A stretch of 64,000 bases of DNA, taken from assembly GCA_038204425.1 (NCBI GenBank), contig JBBRCZ010000001.1:512639-576638 (forward strand). The letters run 5' to 3'. The notes under the pieces are model-generated. The model did not search any database. It was not told the DNA's origin and worked only from the letters and a program-made list of their open reading frames with translations. Position numbers and translations under genes: made by a program. The stretch comes from Spirochaetia bacterium (GTDB lineage: Bacteria; Spirochaetota; Spirochaetia; DSM-27196; Salinispiraceae). Positions 29,593-40,143 of this stretch are shown here, piece after piece; positions within the stretch are counted from its first letter, which is position 1; each line of letters begins with the position of its first letter.

Positions 29593-30468
29593 ATGTTTGA
29601 AGGAATATATACCGCGCTCGTTACCCCTTTTAATACAAACGGCAGTATTGATGAAGCTGCCCTAAAGGCCTTGGTCGACGAACAGATAGAAGCAGGCATT
29701 AAAGGCTTGGTACCGGTCGGCAGCACTGGCGAGAGTCCAACCGTGAGTCATCTAGAAAACGTTAGAGTGGTGGAACTTGTAGTCAAACAAGCTGCCGGCA
29801 GGGTGCCTGTTGTAGCGGGTACAGGCTCAAATAGCACGGCCGAAGCAATAGAAATGACCAAGGCTGCGCATAGCTTGGGGGCAAGCGCTAGCTTGCAGGT
29901 TGCCCCCTACTATAACAAACCAAATGCGGAAGGTTTTTACCGCCACTTCTCAAGCATTGCCGAAGCGGTTGATCTTCCACTCGTGGTCTATAACATACCT
30001 GGTCGAACGGGCAAGAACGTTGAAACCGCGACAATCCTCAAACTTGCCCAACACCAAAATATAGTTGCCGTAAAAGAATGCAGTGGCAATTTGGATCAAG
30101 TTATGGATCTCATTAACTTAGCTCCCAAGGATTTTTCTATCATTTGTGGTGACGACAATATGGCAATTGTCTATTTTGGACTTGGCGCCAAGGGTTTGAT
30201 ATCAGTCGCCAGCCACTTAGTAGCCCGGCACTTAGTTGAGCTTTATGACCTTGTAAGTAGCGGCAAGCATAGTCAGGCTTTGGCGCTGCACTACAAATTG
30301 TTACCTTTGTTCCGTTCTATGTTTATTGACACCAACCCTATTCCTCTCAAGTATGCTCTTTCACAACTGGGTAAGATTAAAGAAGTTTATCGACTCCCAC
30401 TTTGCGAGATGACCGTTGACCTAAAACACCAGATGAACAAGACACTTAGTGACTTTGGCTTGCTGTAA
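29593..30468 (+). CDS. dapA: 4-hydroxy-tetrahydrodipicolinate synthase
   Basis: GSTGESPT, PYYNKP, YNIPGRT and AVKE motifs. Confidence 0.96.
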   Translation: MFEGIYTALVTPFNTNGSIDEAALKALVDEQIEAGIKGLVPVGSTGESPTVSHLENVRVVELVVKQAAGRVPVVAGTGSNSTAEAIEMTKAAHSLGASASLQVAPYYNKPNAEGFYRHFSSIAEAVDLPLVVYNIPGRTGKNVETATILKLAQHQNIVAVKECSGNLDQVMDLINLAPKDFSIICGDDNMAIVYFGLGAKGLISVASHLVARHLVELYDLVSSGKHSQALALHYKLLPLFRSMFIDTNPIPLKYALSQLGKIKEVYRLPLCEMTVDLKHQMNKTLSDFGLL

Positions 30469-30469
30469 T

Positions 30470-31366
30470 TCACAGCAAGCGTGCCCAAGCCAAAAACTCA
30501 TCGGGAGAGACAGTCTCAGCCCTTCTTTTTAGGTCAATACCAAGCAAAGAAGCAGAGTCTCGTACTGAATCCATGCCTGGATACTTTGCTAGGCTACTTG
30601 ATTTGAGGTTGTTCTCGAGTGTTTTTCGACGAGAAACAAAGCTTGATCTAACTAGTGAACCAAAAGAAGACGGAAAGTCATCAACAATATAGTCGTCTCG
30701 AGGATCCAGGCTTACAATGGCACTTTGCACTTCTGGTTCTGGATAGAATAGCTGCGGCCCCAAAATTGCGGGGATCTCCACTCGGTAACGAGCTTGGCAT
30801 TGCACTGAAAACGAAGAATAGTTTTCGCTATCAACTGCACAAGCCATTCGCTCAGCGCCTTCTTTCTGAACGGTGTAGACCATTCGACAACGCCAGTTGT
30901 TTTCCAAACAATGCATAATAAAGGCCGAGGCGGCATTATAGGGGAGATTTCCACAGATACCGTCTACCTTTGAGTTAATCGTGTCTTCTTTCCAAGCATC
31001 TGACGAGGTTTTAATCGCATCACCGCTTGTCAAGAAAAAGTTACTGCATTCGCCAAATAGCTTTTGCAGGATCCTAATGAAGCCATGGTCTATTTCAAAA
31101 ACCCGCAGCTTTTTGACGGAGTCTACAATATGGTGAGTAAGTGCACCCAAGCCTGGTCCCACCTCCCACCAGGTTTGACTAGTCTGCAGCTTCATGCAAC
31201 GCACCAATTCTTCGCGTGCGTGGCGACCAATCATAAAGTTTTGACCGAATTTTTTTGACATAGCGAGACCCTCAGATTCGAGCAACTTAGCAAGTTCTTT
31301 TGGTGAATCCCACTGAATTGAGCTTAGCTTTAATGAGCTAGTTTTTTTGTGTACGTCTTCTGGCAT
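30470..31366 (-). CDS. rsmA: 16S rRNA dimethyladenosine transferase
   Basis: KKFGQNF, EVGPGLGALT, FEID and GNLPYN motifs. Confidence 0.93.
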   Translation of the reverse strand: MPEDVHKKTSSLKLSSIQWDSPKELAKLLESEGLAMSKKFGQNFMIGRHAREELVRCMKLQTSQTWWEVGPGLGALTHHIVDSVKKLRVFEIDHGFIRILQKLFGECSNFFLTSGDAIKTSSDAWKEDTINSKVDGICGNLPYNAASAFIMHCLENNWRCRMVYTVQKEGAERMACAVDSENYSSFSVQCQARYRVEIPAILGPQLFYPEPEVQSAIVSLDPRDDYIVDDFPSSFGSLVRSSFVSRRKTLENNLKSSSLAKYPGMDSVRDSASLLGIDLKRRAETVSPDEFLAWARLL

Positions 31367-31403
31367 AGGCGAATGGTAACAGAGCCATCTTGATTACACA
31401 ATC

Positions 31404-32858
31404 TTACCAGCTAATTTTTGTAACGTAAGACGCAGCGACAAACGGACTCCCCAGACCATACATAATCTGACAAAGTCCATCGAGCAAAAAAGAGATTGGT
31501 CCGCTCAGCAAGGCTAAAAAAGGCAGGCCCGATAGCGTTATTAGTAGCTCCAATAATGCAAGCGCCATAAAAATTAGACTGAGTGGCCCCAATAGTAGTC
31601 CAATCACCATACCCTGCGGGATCCAAGGCAAGCCCGTTCTCACTAACAATGGAATTGTGAAGGTTTGTGCGGCCAACGAAGGCCCTAGCCATGACGCCAA
31701 AACAGGCCCCAAAGGACGTCGTAGTGCTCGTCCAATGTCTGCTTGCCAAAACAAGATGCCCCAAAGCGCAAGTGAAGATAGCTGAAAGCCAAGACTTGTG
31801 GCCAAATCAGGGTAGAAAGTGCACACCACAAGAGAACTGAGTGCCAACGAAGTCAGACTATTGATTTTTAATGAAAAAAAGCGAGAAATACTGAGCAAGG
31901 CAAACATCAGGAGCGCTCTAATTGCCGACGGAAAGGCACCTACCAAAAAAACAAAAAAACTACAAAGTAGCAAAGACAAAAGTGCACTTGCCCTGCGACC
32001 GACGATCGGACGAAAAACCAAATTTAAGAACCCAGCCAACAATGCCACGTGCATGCCAGAAAGTGCCAGCAAATGAGCGCACCCGGTTCCAAAAAACGCG
32101 TTCTTCATCCTGTCGCTCACTTGATCCTGATTGCCAAACAGAAAGGCTTCTGCCAGACCTCGGGTTTCTGAATTGAGACGGCTGAGGCCCGACTTGATCC
32201 ATTGCAAAATCGCGTGTCGCAGATCCCAAATTGGTTGCGGGGCCTCTATTTTTAGATCCTCGGCAAAGATACGAAAGTCAGATCTGCGTTCTGGTTGGTT
32301 GGTGGAGGCAAAGAACGAAGCATTGTCTAAAGATAATTCTTGGCCCCAAGCAAGGTCAAGCTTGCCCTTTGTAAAGAGGGTAGCCTCAAACGGTGCAACA
32401 AACTTCCTACCGGCTCTGTCACCCCAAGAAAGCACCCTGACTTTGACGCTTTTGCCTTGGTCGCGGGTCTGGCTGTCAGAAAGACACACAACTTGAGCAC
32501 TTTGAAGCACCAAAGTCTGTTTTACGCTAGACGCTTGGACTATGAGGTCTGCTGCAATTCCCGGCAGCCATGAGAAGACGCAACCAGCAAACGCAGCCAA
32601 AAGCAAGTTGAGTCGCATACGGTAGTTGTCCTTAAGCCATAACAAGTAAAGCAACCTAGGATCAACGTTGACGTGCCCAAATCTTTTGTACAGCAGCAAT
32701 CCGGTCATTGCCAAAACCACGCCGGCTATCAGTATTGAGTAAGCAAGAATGAGCTGGTTTTTAGAAAAATTTAGCAGACTGGGTAGATGCAGGCATGCGC
32801 AGAAAATGTGAAAAGGCACACATCGGGCCTTAGGAATGTTGCTTACGTGGTAGATCAC
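31404..32858 (-). CDS. comEC: ComEC/Rec2 competence-domain protein (no MBL domain; start uncertain)
   Basis: AHLLALSGMHV, PSAIRA and LGFQLS motifs. Confidence 0.82.
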   Translation of the reverse strand: MIYHVSNIPKARCVPFHIFCACLHLPSLLNFSKNQLILAYSILIAGVVLAMTGLLLYKRFGHVNVDPRLLYLLWLKDNYRMRLNLLLAAFAGCVFSWLPGIAADLIVQASSVKQTLVLQSAQVVCLSDSQTRDQGKSVKVRVLSWGDRAGRKFVAPFEATLFTKGKLDLAWGQELSLDNASFFASTNQPERRSDFRIFAEDLKIEAPQPIWDLRHAILQWIKSGLSRLNSETRGLAEAFLFGNQDQVSDRMKNAFFGTGCAHLLALSGMHVALLAGFLNLVFRPIVGRRASALLSLLLCSFFVFLVGAFPSAIRALLMFALLSISRFFSLKINSLTSLALSSLVVCTFYPDLATSLGFQLSSLALWGILFWQADIGRALRRPLGPVLASWLGPSLAAQTFTIPLLVRTGLPWIPQGMVIGLLLGPLSLIFMALALLELLITLSGLPFLALLSGPISFLLDGLCQIMYGLGSPFVAASYVTKISW

Positions 32859-32900
32859 CTTATTGCTACAACAGTAGCGCTATCCTGACTTTTAAAGTTC

Positions 32901-34238
32901 TTAGTTTAGCTCGTCTTTATTTTGTTGACTTTCTTCTTGCTTAATTGCTTGGGCGTTGGCAAATAGATTACTGGAGTTTTGTAGCTCTTGTTTCTCGGAT
33001 TCTAACTCTTCTGACTTTTTTTCGGCACTGTCTTCTAGTGCGACTGGTTGTTCTTCAGTCAAAAAGCCAAGCACATACGCCATAACGCTTATCCGCATCG
33101 ACTTACTCAAAGGAAGCGCTTCAAGGTGCAGTACACTCACCTTGTAGTGCGGTTTTGGGTCAACCGCCTTGATTTCGCCACACATGACAATCGAGTGATT
33201 GCCTACCATAAACTGAATCTTAGCCAGAAAGCCTGCGTTCAGTTTTCCTTTGGCAATAATGGCCATACCGCTTTCCGATACATCAAGAATACGACACATG
33301 TAGCCTTGTTTGGCTTGATAAGCTTCGTTGGCATCTTGCAGACTTGGCAAGGGCAATATTTCTCCGTCTCTTCCGACGCGCACCCGAATATTGTTTCTTT
33401 TCTGCGTTCTAACAAGGCGGTCGGCATGTCGGATCTGAACAATCGGTCCCAAGGTTTGTTTGTCAGGTTCATTGATAACCTGCGTCTCAAAGTAGTACAT
33501 CGCATCGTCATTGCGCCAGAACCAAACTTCTATACTTCTTCCCTTCCACGCTAACCCAGCCGGCGCACGTGAGTCGGGGTACATTAAACTGATAGTAGTT
33601 CGGCTTACATCCAAGACTTTTAACAAGTAAACGCCAACATCAGGGATCAAAACCTTAAGAATCTGACCAGGTTTAATTGTTCGTGTTGTTTCCATACCAT
33701 GACTATAGCGTGGCCTTCTTTTTTCTAGGCCCATGCGATAGTCCATTAGTTTGTAGACAAGGTCAATTTGACTTGGCTCATCTGTGTAGAGCTTTCGATG
33801 AGCTTTGGACATAAGCAGCTTTAGACATTTATCTAGGACAATGGTTGATCCCAACAAACTGTTGGGCTGAGCAAGATCAAGGGAACTCGCTAGCCTATGA
33901 AGGGCGCGTGATTCTCCCCAAGAAAAACCAAACTCGTTAGCTTTGAGAAAGAAATCCAAGAAGTTTTTCTTTGCAGCAGGTTTGGACGACTTGCTCGCGT
34001 GCGGTGACTTGAGGACATCTGGTTCTGGTGCGTTATTGTGCGCAGCAGCATCAGGATCAGCTTCGTCTGGTGACACACCCTCAGTCGAAACACCAATATC
34101 GTTTTCACCATAGGTCTGCTCGGCTTTTTTTAAGGAACTTTGACGGAGTTGATAGAGGACTATCCTTAGACCAAAGGCAGCAGCGATAAACAAAGTGATT
34201 ATGGCTAAACTCATAAATACGGTATACAATAATTCCAT
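32901..34238 (-). CDS. Membrane-anchored PilZ/YcgR-like c-di-GMP effector
   Basis: QKRNNIRV (RxxxR) and DVSESG (DxSxxG) motifs; N-terminal TM. Confidence 0.82.
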   Translation of the reverse strand: MELLYTVFMSLAIITLFIAAAFGLRIVLYQLRQSSLKKAEQTYGENDIGVSTEGVSPDEADPDAAAHNNAPEPDVLKSPHASKSSKPAAKKNFLDFFLKANEFGFSWGESRALHRLASSLDLAQPNSLLGSTIVLDKCLKLLMSKAHRKLYTDEPSQIDLVYKLMDYRMGLEKRRPRYSHGMETTRTIKPGQILKVLIPDVGVYLLKVLDVSRTTISLMYPDSRAPAGLAWKGRSIEVWFWRNDDAMYYFETQVINEPDKQTLGPIVQIRHADRLVRTQKRNNIRVRVGRDGEILPLPSLQDANEAYQAKQGYMCRILDVSESGMAIIAKGKLNAGFLAKIQFMVGNHSIVMCGEIKAVDPKPHYKVSVLHLEALPLSKSMRISVMAYVLGFLTEEQPVALEDSAEKKSEELESEKQELQNSSNLFANAQAIKQEESQQNKDELN

Positions 34239-34267
34239 GTCTGCGCCTTACCAGTCCCCAATATACT

Positions 34268-34930
34268 ATGGATAAATCGAAGCATCCCGACTTAACAAGC
34301 CCAAGACCGCCACATCTAAATGATTCTCGGCAAAATTCGGCAGATAAAGCACCTTTTGTGGCTGCCTTATTGTTCTTGGCCTTCCTTTTACCTCAAAATA
34401 TCGCCAAGCTTGCTTCAATTCTTGTACTAACAATATATTTTTGCCAAAAGAGATTTTTTTTCGTTGCTGATTGGCAAGTGCTTCGCACATTGCTTTTGAC
34501 AGGCATCGTGGGTGCTGGCTTGCTGACAATCAGTATTTTATGGCAAGGTCTATTTGCCATTCTCTCCAACGGCTTTTTGGCGGGTCAATTTTTAAGCCAA
34601 GGGCAAAGTCTAACACTGCTAAAGGCGCAACTTTTGGCACTTCCTTGGTTTGAGACTCTCGCACTCTTAGTTTTGAGTGTAATTTACGAAGAATTTGTTT
34701 TTAGGGTTTTTATCCTTGAGACACTTGGTCAAATACGGGTTGCCACCATGATTGCAGTAGCGCTTGCGGCACTCGCCTTTGCTCTACTACATAGTCAACT
34801 GGGTTTACATGGCGTCGGCCTTGCCTTTTTTTCAGGTATTTTCTTGGGCGCGGTCTGGTATCGCTTTAGAAATATCGTTTCTTTGATGCTTGGCCATTTA
34901 CTGTATAATCTAATTATTCTCTACAATTAG
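34268..34930 (+). CDS. CPBP/Abi-family intramembrane protease
   Basis: EEFVFR, FALLH and GHLLYN motifs. Confidence 0.85.
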   Translation: MDKSKHPDLTSPRPPHLNDSRQNSADKAPFVAALLFLAFLLPQNIAKLASILVLTIYFCQKRFFFVADWQVLRTLLLTGIVGAGLLTISILWQGLFAILSNGFLAGQFLSQGQSLTLLKAQLLALPWFETLALLVLSVIYEEFVFRVFILETLGQIRVATMIAVALAALAFALLHSQLGLHGVGLAFFSGIFLGAVWYRFRNIVSLMLGHLLYNLIILYN

Positions 34931-37300
34931 CTCTATCAAATTTTGAAAAAACTCTTTCTTTTCTACATTGCCTGACTTGCGGACAAGGTCTTCAAGATAG
35001 GTCTTCCGCTCTGACTTTGTGGTATACGATCCAGTTGTATAAATAACATCAGAAAGTTCAGCTACAATGTTCTCTTGCGCAGATTGTTCAATCAACCTGT
35101 CAAAACCCCTAACGCGCTCGCCTAAGCCAGGAAAGACGCCGACCACCATTTCATTCGCAAAAAAGGAGTCTAAGAGCAGCTTAGCTCTCAAAACACCGGT
35201 TGCAGTATCAGTTTTCATTTTTGAGCTCTCACTCGCATAGTTTGCATACACTTTAACCAAACCGGCATATCTCTCTGTCAAAACCGCTGCCCGTTCCAAA
35301 CTCGTGCGAGCAGAAAGCAAATTTTGTTGCAGCCGACTGACATCTTGCAAGGCGGCGTCTCTATCTTTAGTGGCCTGGTTGCTTTCCGCTCTGAGCGCAT
35401 CCAGTTGCTTCTGAAGGTCGACCGACCCACTTGAGCCAGACTCCAGCTTAGATTGTAACGCTGCTAACGATAGCCTACTATCACTCAATTCCTTGGCAAG
35501 CTTGCCATTTTCAAAGCGAAGCTCGTCGAGGAGTTTTTGAAGCTGCGTATTGCCTGTCGCCTGGCCGGCGCTGTTGCTGTTGCTGTTAAGATTTTGCTGG
35601 GCAACGAGTTGACTTTCTAGGCTCTTAATTGTCTGTGATAAGTTCTGAATCTGCACCTGAAGTGCTTCTTTTTCGGACTGCAGTGTTTGATTAGTTTTAA
35701 CCAAAGCGGCGTTTTGGTTAGCGTCGATTCGAGTAAGCGCCTCTTCTTGTTGACGCAAACGAACTTGTAAACTTGTTTCTCTTTCTGATCTCAACTTAAG
35801 ATCCCGTTGCAGGTTCTCAGCGTCCTGCTTTAGTGTCACTTCACGTGCTAAGACTTCGTTTAAGCGAGTTTGAACCTGATCAAATTGTTCCTGAGATTTT
35901 TTGAGATCTGCCGTAAACTGCGCTTGTGCCAGTTCCAAGACTTGTGCTCTTTGCACATCTGCTTCTGGACCTACGGAGCTAACCAGTTCGGCGCTCCGGG
36001 CCGAAAGGTAGGCATTGGCTTGATTGACCTCTGGAATTCTTGAAACTGCCTGCTGATAAAGACGCGTAGCTTCTACCCGGTTGCCACTATTTTGAGCAAC
36101 CTTTGCGGAAGTAAAAATCTGTTGTACTTCTTGGAGCATCATTGAGTTCTCGAGCATAGTTTGGACTTGCCCACTACGTCGTTCCTTGTCGACCAAGGTC
36201 AGCAAAGAATCGGCAATGAATGTTTCAGTCTCTCTGCGTTGTCTGAGACCATCAAGTTGCGAAATTTGATCACCTTGTAGAAAAGTCTTCAATAATTGAA
36301 TACTACGTGATGCTTCATCATAATTTTGGGCTCGTAGTTGATCACGGATGCTTGAATAAAATGCGATAATTTGGTTGTTAAGGGTCTTTTCTTGCTCTTT
36401 AATTGCGGCAAGTCGTTCCATTTCTTTTTTGGCTTCTCCAACCTGAAGCTGAGCCTGTCCAATTGCAGAACCGGCAGCTGTACGTTCGCTCTCAAGTCTA
36501 GACTGCAACTCAATTTCTCGTTTTTTACTTTCTTGGCTAAGACGATCGCGATCTTGACTCGCTCGACTCAGACCCTGAGAGTATTCTGTTTCCAGTTCTT
36601 TTAGGGATGCTTCTAACTTGCTTTTCTCTGCATCAAGTTCCTGCTTAAAACTTGCCAATCGTTTATTGTATTCTTGCTGCTGCTGGCGTTGGAACTCATT
36701 TACTCGTCGGTTGATTTCTTCTTCAGTAAATCCTTGAGCCCTTAATCGCTGACGTTCTTGGTCTAGTTCACGTTGCAGCTGATTTCTAAGTTCATTTTCG
36801 CGGCTAGAAAGACGAGTCTCCATGGTGCTGGCCAAGTTATCGCGATCCGTCGCTATGGTATCGAGTTTACCGCGAATATCATCAATTTCCTTGTTTTTTG
36901 CGGCAAGATTGGCTTCGCTTTCTTCGCGTAGAGCGAGAAGCAGGCGTCCTTCAGTTGATTCCAAAGCGACGTTTTGTCCCTGTAGAGCTGATTCTGTGTT
37001 GGTAAATACCAATTGGAAAAGAATTACGCTTAAAAAAACTAGGACTACTGCTCCTACATTGACAAGCAATGGAAGTATAATTCCTCTCTTGGTTGCTTTG
37101 ACAAGAAAAAGCCCGGGACTTGCCTGAATTTTGCTTGCTTCAACAATTTTATCTATTTGCAAGAGAATGTCTTGGCGATCTTCTTCTGAAACACTTTCCA
37201 ACGCAGACTGCTCCACCAAATCACCTCCATGAGCTAGGAAAGACGGACGTTCACTAAATTTTTCTCGTGCCTTTATTGCACGTCGCAGTAAGCCTTCCAT
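34910..37300 (-). CDS. Long coiled-coil protein with a single TM
   Basis: One hydrophobic helix near residue 80 followed by about 700 aa of Q/E/L-rich heptads. Confidence 0.75.
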   Translation of the reverse strand: MEGLLRRAIKAREKFSERPSFLAHGGDLVEQSALESVSEEDRQDILLQIDKIVEASKIQASPGLFLVKATKRGIILPLLVNVGAVVLVFLSVILFQLVFTNTESALQGQNVALESTEGRLLLALREESEANLAAKNKEIDDIRGKLDTIATDRDNLASTMETRLSSRENELRNQLQRELDQERQRLRAQGFTEEEINRRVNEFQRQQQQEYNKRLASFKQELDAEKSKLEASLKELETEYSQGLSRASQDRDRLSQESKKREIELQSRLESERTAAGSAIGQAQLQVGEAKKEMERLAAIKEQEKTLNNQIIAFYSSIRDQLRAQNYDEASRSIQLLKTFLQGDQISQLDGLRQRRETETFIADSLLTLVDKERRSGQVQTMLENSMMLQEVQQIFTSAKVAQNSGNRVEATRLYQQAVSRIPEVNQANAYLSARSAELVSSVGPEADVQRAQVLELAQAQFTADLKKSQEQFDQVQTRLNEVLAREVTLKQDAENLQRDLKLRSERETSLQVRLRQQEEALTRIDANQNAALVKTNQTLQSEKEALQVQIQNLSQTIKSLESQLVAQQNLNSNSNSAGQATGNTQLQKLLDELRFENGKLAKELSDSRLSLAALQSKLESGSSGSVDLQKQLDALRAESNQATKDRDAALQDVSRLQQNLLSARTSLERAAVLTERYAGLVKVYANYASESSKMKTDTATGVLRAKLLLDSFFANEMVVGVFPGLGERVRGFDRLIEQSAQENIVAELSDVIYTTGSYTTKSERKTYLEDLVRKSGNVEKKEFFQNLIELIVENN

Positions 37301-37434
37301 GCCTTGATTATCGACTATCTGGACAAATTTGTCGCTATTTATTTTACAAAATGCATCGTTAAAACCGTCTCAGTAAGGCAAAAAAATATAACCAAAGTTA
37401 CGAGTGAGCACTCGATTTTTGACACAGGCATTTG

Positions 37435-39981
37435 TCATGACCCTTCTATCTCGTTTACCGGAAATACTATAGCAACAATAACATACAATCCAATGGCGAT
37501 CGATAAAAGCACGATAAATCCAGCAGATACAGAAACCAACCAAGCCAATGCAGAACCTGCGACCGACAAGCCACCGTTCATTCCCCAAGCCCAAGGCAAC
37601 AAGGCAGGTCGCTTGGAACCAAGCGCATCAAGACCATTTGGATAGGGAACGCCCATAAAGAATGCAGAGGGGGCAATGAGCAAGACTGCAAAGAAGATGC
37701 GCAAAACAAGTGACACATTCTGAAGACCGTCGATAATAGGCCCAAGCAAGAACATATAAAATACCAACGTTAGCACGATGCCGACTACAGCTATACGAAC
37801 ACGCTTGCTTCTATCCACACCAAGCTTGGGAGAAAGCAAGTTGCCAATGCCTGAAATAATAAGCATAGCGGTAATTACAATGCTCATCGAAATTATAGGG
37901 TTGCCAAGAAACCCCACTAGGCGTTGAATCAGATAAATTTCAACGAGCATATAAGATAGCCCAAGACTAGCATAGTAAAGAATTATCCCCATCGTTCCTT
38001 TTTTTTGGCTAAAGAGCTGCTTCCATTTTCCTATAACCGGAATGAGGATTACTAATAGTCCAAAAATAATTGCTTGAATCAGAATGCCTATGAGTAGCAG
38101 ATAGCCCCACTCTTCACTTACCTGATTTAGATCGCCTAAATACTCACCAAGATGACCCAGCTTGAGATAGCCTGCGTAGTAAGGCCGATTATCATCAATT
38201 GGCCTAATATCAAACAAGTAAGCATCTTCTAGGCCTTGGCCGCCGTTTTTTACTAGTTCGGCAATAGTTAACTGATACAGTTCTGATGGTGTAACAGGAG
38301 CTTGGCTTGCGGCTGCTTGTTCAGCGTCGTTGTTTGGGACTTGCACCATCGGTGCTGAGGCATTATTTACCAACAATTTGCGGTAACCGGCAACAACTTT
38401 AAATAGATCAATTTCTAGCGCAGGAATACCAGGGTAGTGAATTAGGTTAAAACTATTACGCTTAACAAAACCTCGCAGGACGTTTAGCTCGCTCGCCTTA
38501 AAAGCGTTCTTTTTTACAAGAATGGTCGCAGTAGAACGGAGCTGATCAAACATAAATAGGTTTTGCTCAGGATTCTTGACACCAGAATCTTTGAGTGCGG
38601 CAACAATGGTATTGAGTAACTTTAGCACATTTCTTGGCGGACTAAGATTGTTCCAAACAGTGATGCTTAAGATTCCATCTTGGTTGAGTCCACTCAGGTA
38701 ATCTTGCATTGCTTGTTTGGTATAAGTATAGTTCTCAGAAATGGCATAACCACCAGAATCTGAGAGGCCAATGCTGTCAATTAGAGAGATTTCAATTATG
38801 TCAAAACTATTTTTGTTGTCTCTCGCCCAAGCGCGGGCCTCTGCGTCCTCAAGCTTTATACGCGGGTCCTTTAGCAAATCTCCCGTAAAAAGACTCACTT
38901 GAGGGTCATCACGAAGCAATTTTACCAGCTCTGGGTTTTGTTCGCAAATTACAACTTCGCTAGACCCTTTGTAACGGGCAACTTGGGCGTTAATGCCTCC
39001 GCCAAGATGAACCAACAAAACTTTTGGTGCCTGCTTGGTTTCATAGGGAGCAGCCATAGGAAGAAAGTCTACATACTTCGCACTTTCTTGATCCAGTTTT
39101 CCCATGATTCCTATTGGTCCGCTACCATCAACATATAAGGCCCAAAAAGGTTGCTTAGGAAAGGCACCCTTGAGCAAACTTGCATTGTCACTCAAACCAG
39201 GAGCAAAATGAAAATAAGAACTTTGAAAGACATGGAACTCACCAGCTGGTGACTGAGAGTGATGCCTGAGAAATAACTCAGGATACTTGCGTGCGTAGCT
39301 AATCGATTTGAATTCACTAATTCTAATTTGGCCAAAAGAAAACAAGGCAAAGATCGCAAGGCCCGCGGTAAGCACACTGGTTAAAAAACGAAGATTACTG
39401 ATGCTCAGTTTTCCTGAGGACATGCTTTGCATACCTACCATCAGGTTAGCAATTAGAACCAAAATCATACTTGGCAAAACCAAGTTTTGCGGTGCCAAAA
39501 AATACATAGATATGATGATTACAAAACCACCAAGACCCGACCCTGCCATATTCCAAAAATATAATTGTCGTACTTGATTGCGTAGAACTACAAAACAAGT
39601 ACCAATAAAAGTTGCGGCCGCAATAAAAGGAAAGCCGTAGATCACGTAGTAAAGGGCAATCCACCACAACTGGCTTGGATCTCCGCTCAAAAATATTACC
39701 TCAAACGGTACTTTTTGTGCCAAAATCTGAGCCAATGGCATAGAAACCAAAAAGGCTAGACTCGACCAATATAGCCAAGCCTGACCATGCTTTTCTATTG
39801 AACGAGACAAAAAAGTGAGTATGGCACCGGCCAAGCCAAAGCCCAAAAGGGCAGTAGAAATTATTAGGTTGCCAAAGTTGGACCAATTTCCGACAGCAAA
39901 AACCCTGACGATGCTTAGCTCAAAAGCAATAAGCGCAATAGATATGATAAACAAAGCGAGCAATTTGATTCGTTGTTCCAT
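37435..39981 (-). CDS. Spermidine-synthase-like SAM-dependent polytopic membrane protein
   Basis: N- and C-terminal TM blocks flank a Rossmann domain (LVHLGGG, CEQNPEL, AEARAW, FDIIEISL, ENYTYT) and WAWGMNG. Start placed at MEQRIK, behind TTGCGT-17-TAGAAT. Confidence 0.8.
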   Translation of the reverse strand: MEQRIKLLALFIISIALIAFELSIVRVFAVGNWSNFGNLIISTALLGFGLAGAILTFLSRSIEKHGQAWLYWSSLAFLVSMPLAQILAQKVPFEVIFLSGDPSQLWWIALYYVIYGFPFIAAATFIGTCFVVLRNQVRQLYFWNMAGSGLGGFVIIISMYFLAPQNLVLPSMILVLIANLMVGMQSMSSGKLSISNLRFLTSVLTAGLAIFALFSFGQIRISEFKSISYARKYPELFLRHHSQSPAGEFHVFQSSYFHFAPGLSDNASLLKGAFPKQPFWALYVDGSGPIGIMGKLDQESAKYVDFLPMAAPYETKQAPKVLLVHLGGGINAQVARYKGSSEVVICEQNPELVKLLRDDPQVSLFTGDLLKDPRIKLEDAEARAWARDNKNSFDIIEISLIDSIGLSDSGGYAISENYTYTKQAMQDYLSGLNQDGILSITVWNNLSPPRNVLKLLNTIVAALKDSGVKNPEQNLFMFDQLRSTATILVKKNAFKASELNVLRGFVKRNSFNLIHYPGIPALEIDLFKVVAGYRKLLVNNASAPMVQVPNNDAEQAAASQAPVTPSELYQLTIAELVKNGGQGLEDAYLFDIRPIDDNRPYYAGYLKLGHLGEYLGDLNQVSEEWGYLLLIGILIQAIIFGLLVILIPVIGKWKQLFSQKKGTMGIILYYASLGLSYMLVEIYLIQRLVGFLGNPIISMSIVITAMLIISGIGNLLSPKLGVDRSKRVRIAVVGIVLTLVFYMFLLGPIIDGLQNVSLVLRIFFAVLLIAPSAFFMGVPYPNGLDALGSKRPALLPWAWGMNGGLSVAGSALAWLVSVSAGFIVLLSIAIGLYVIVAIVFPVNEIEGS

Positions 39982-40143
39982 GTTATCTATTCTAAACGGC
40001 TGCATGTACTCACGCAACTGGAAAAATTGCGAATACCGCACAAATCTTCGATTGACAAATAATTGCAGAGTAATTAACACTTAGAATTATGTTTTAGCAG
40101 TATTGTCACAATACAAAACAGTTAGACCCAAGGGGGATCAATC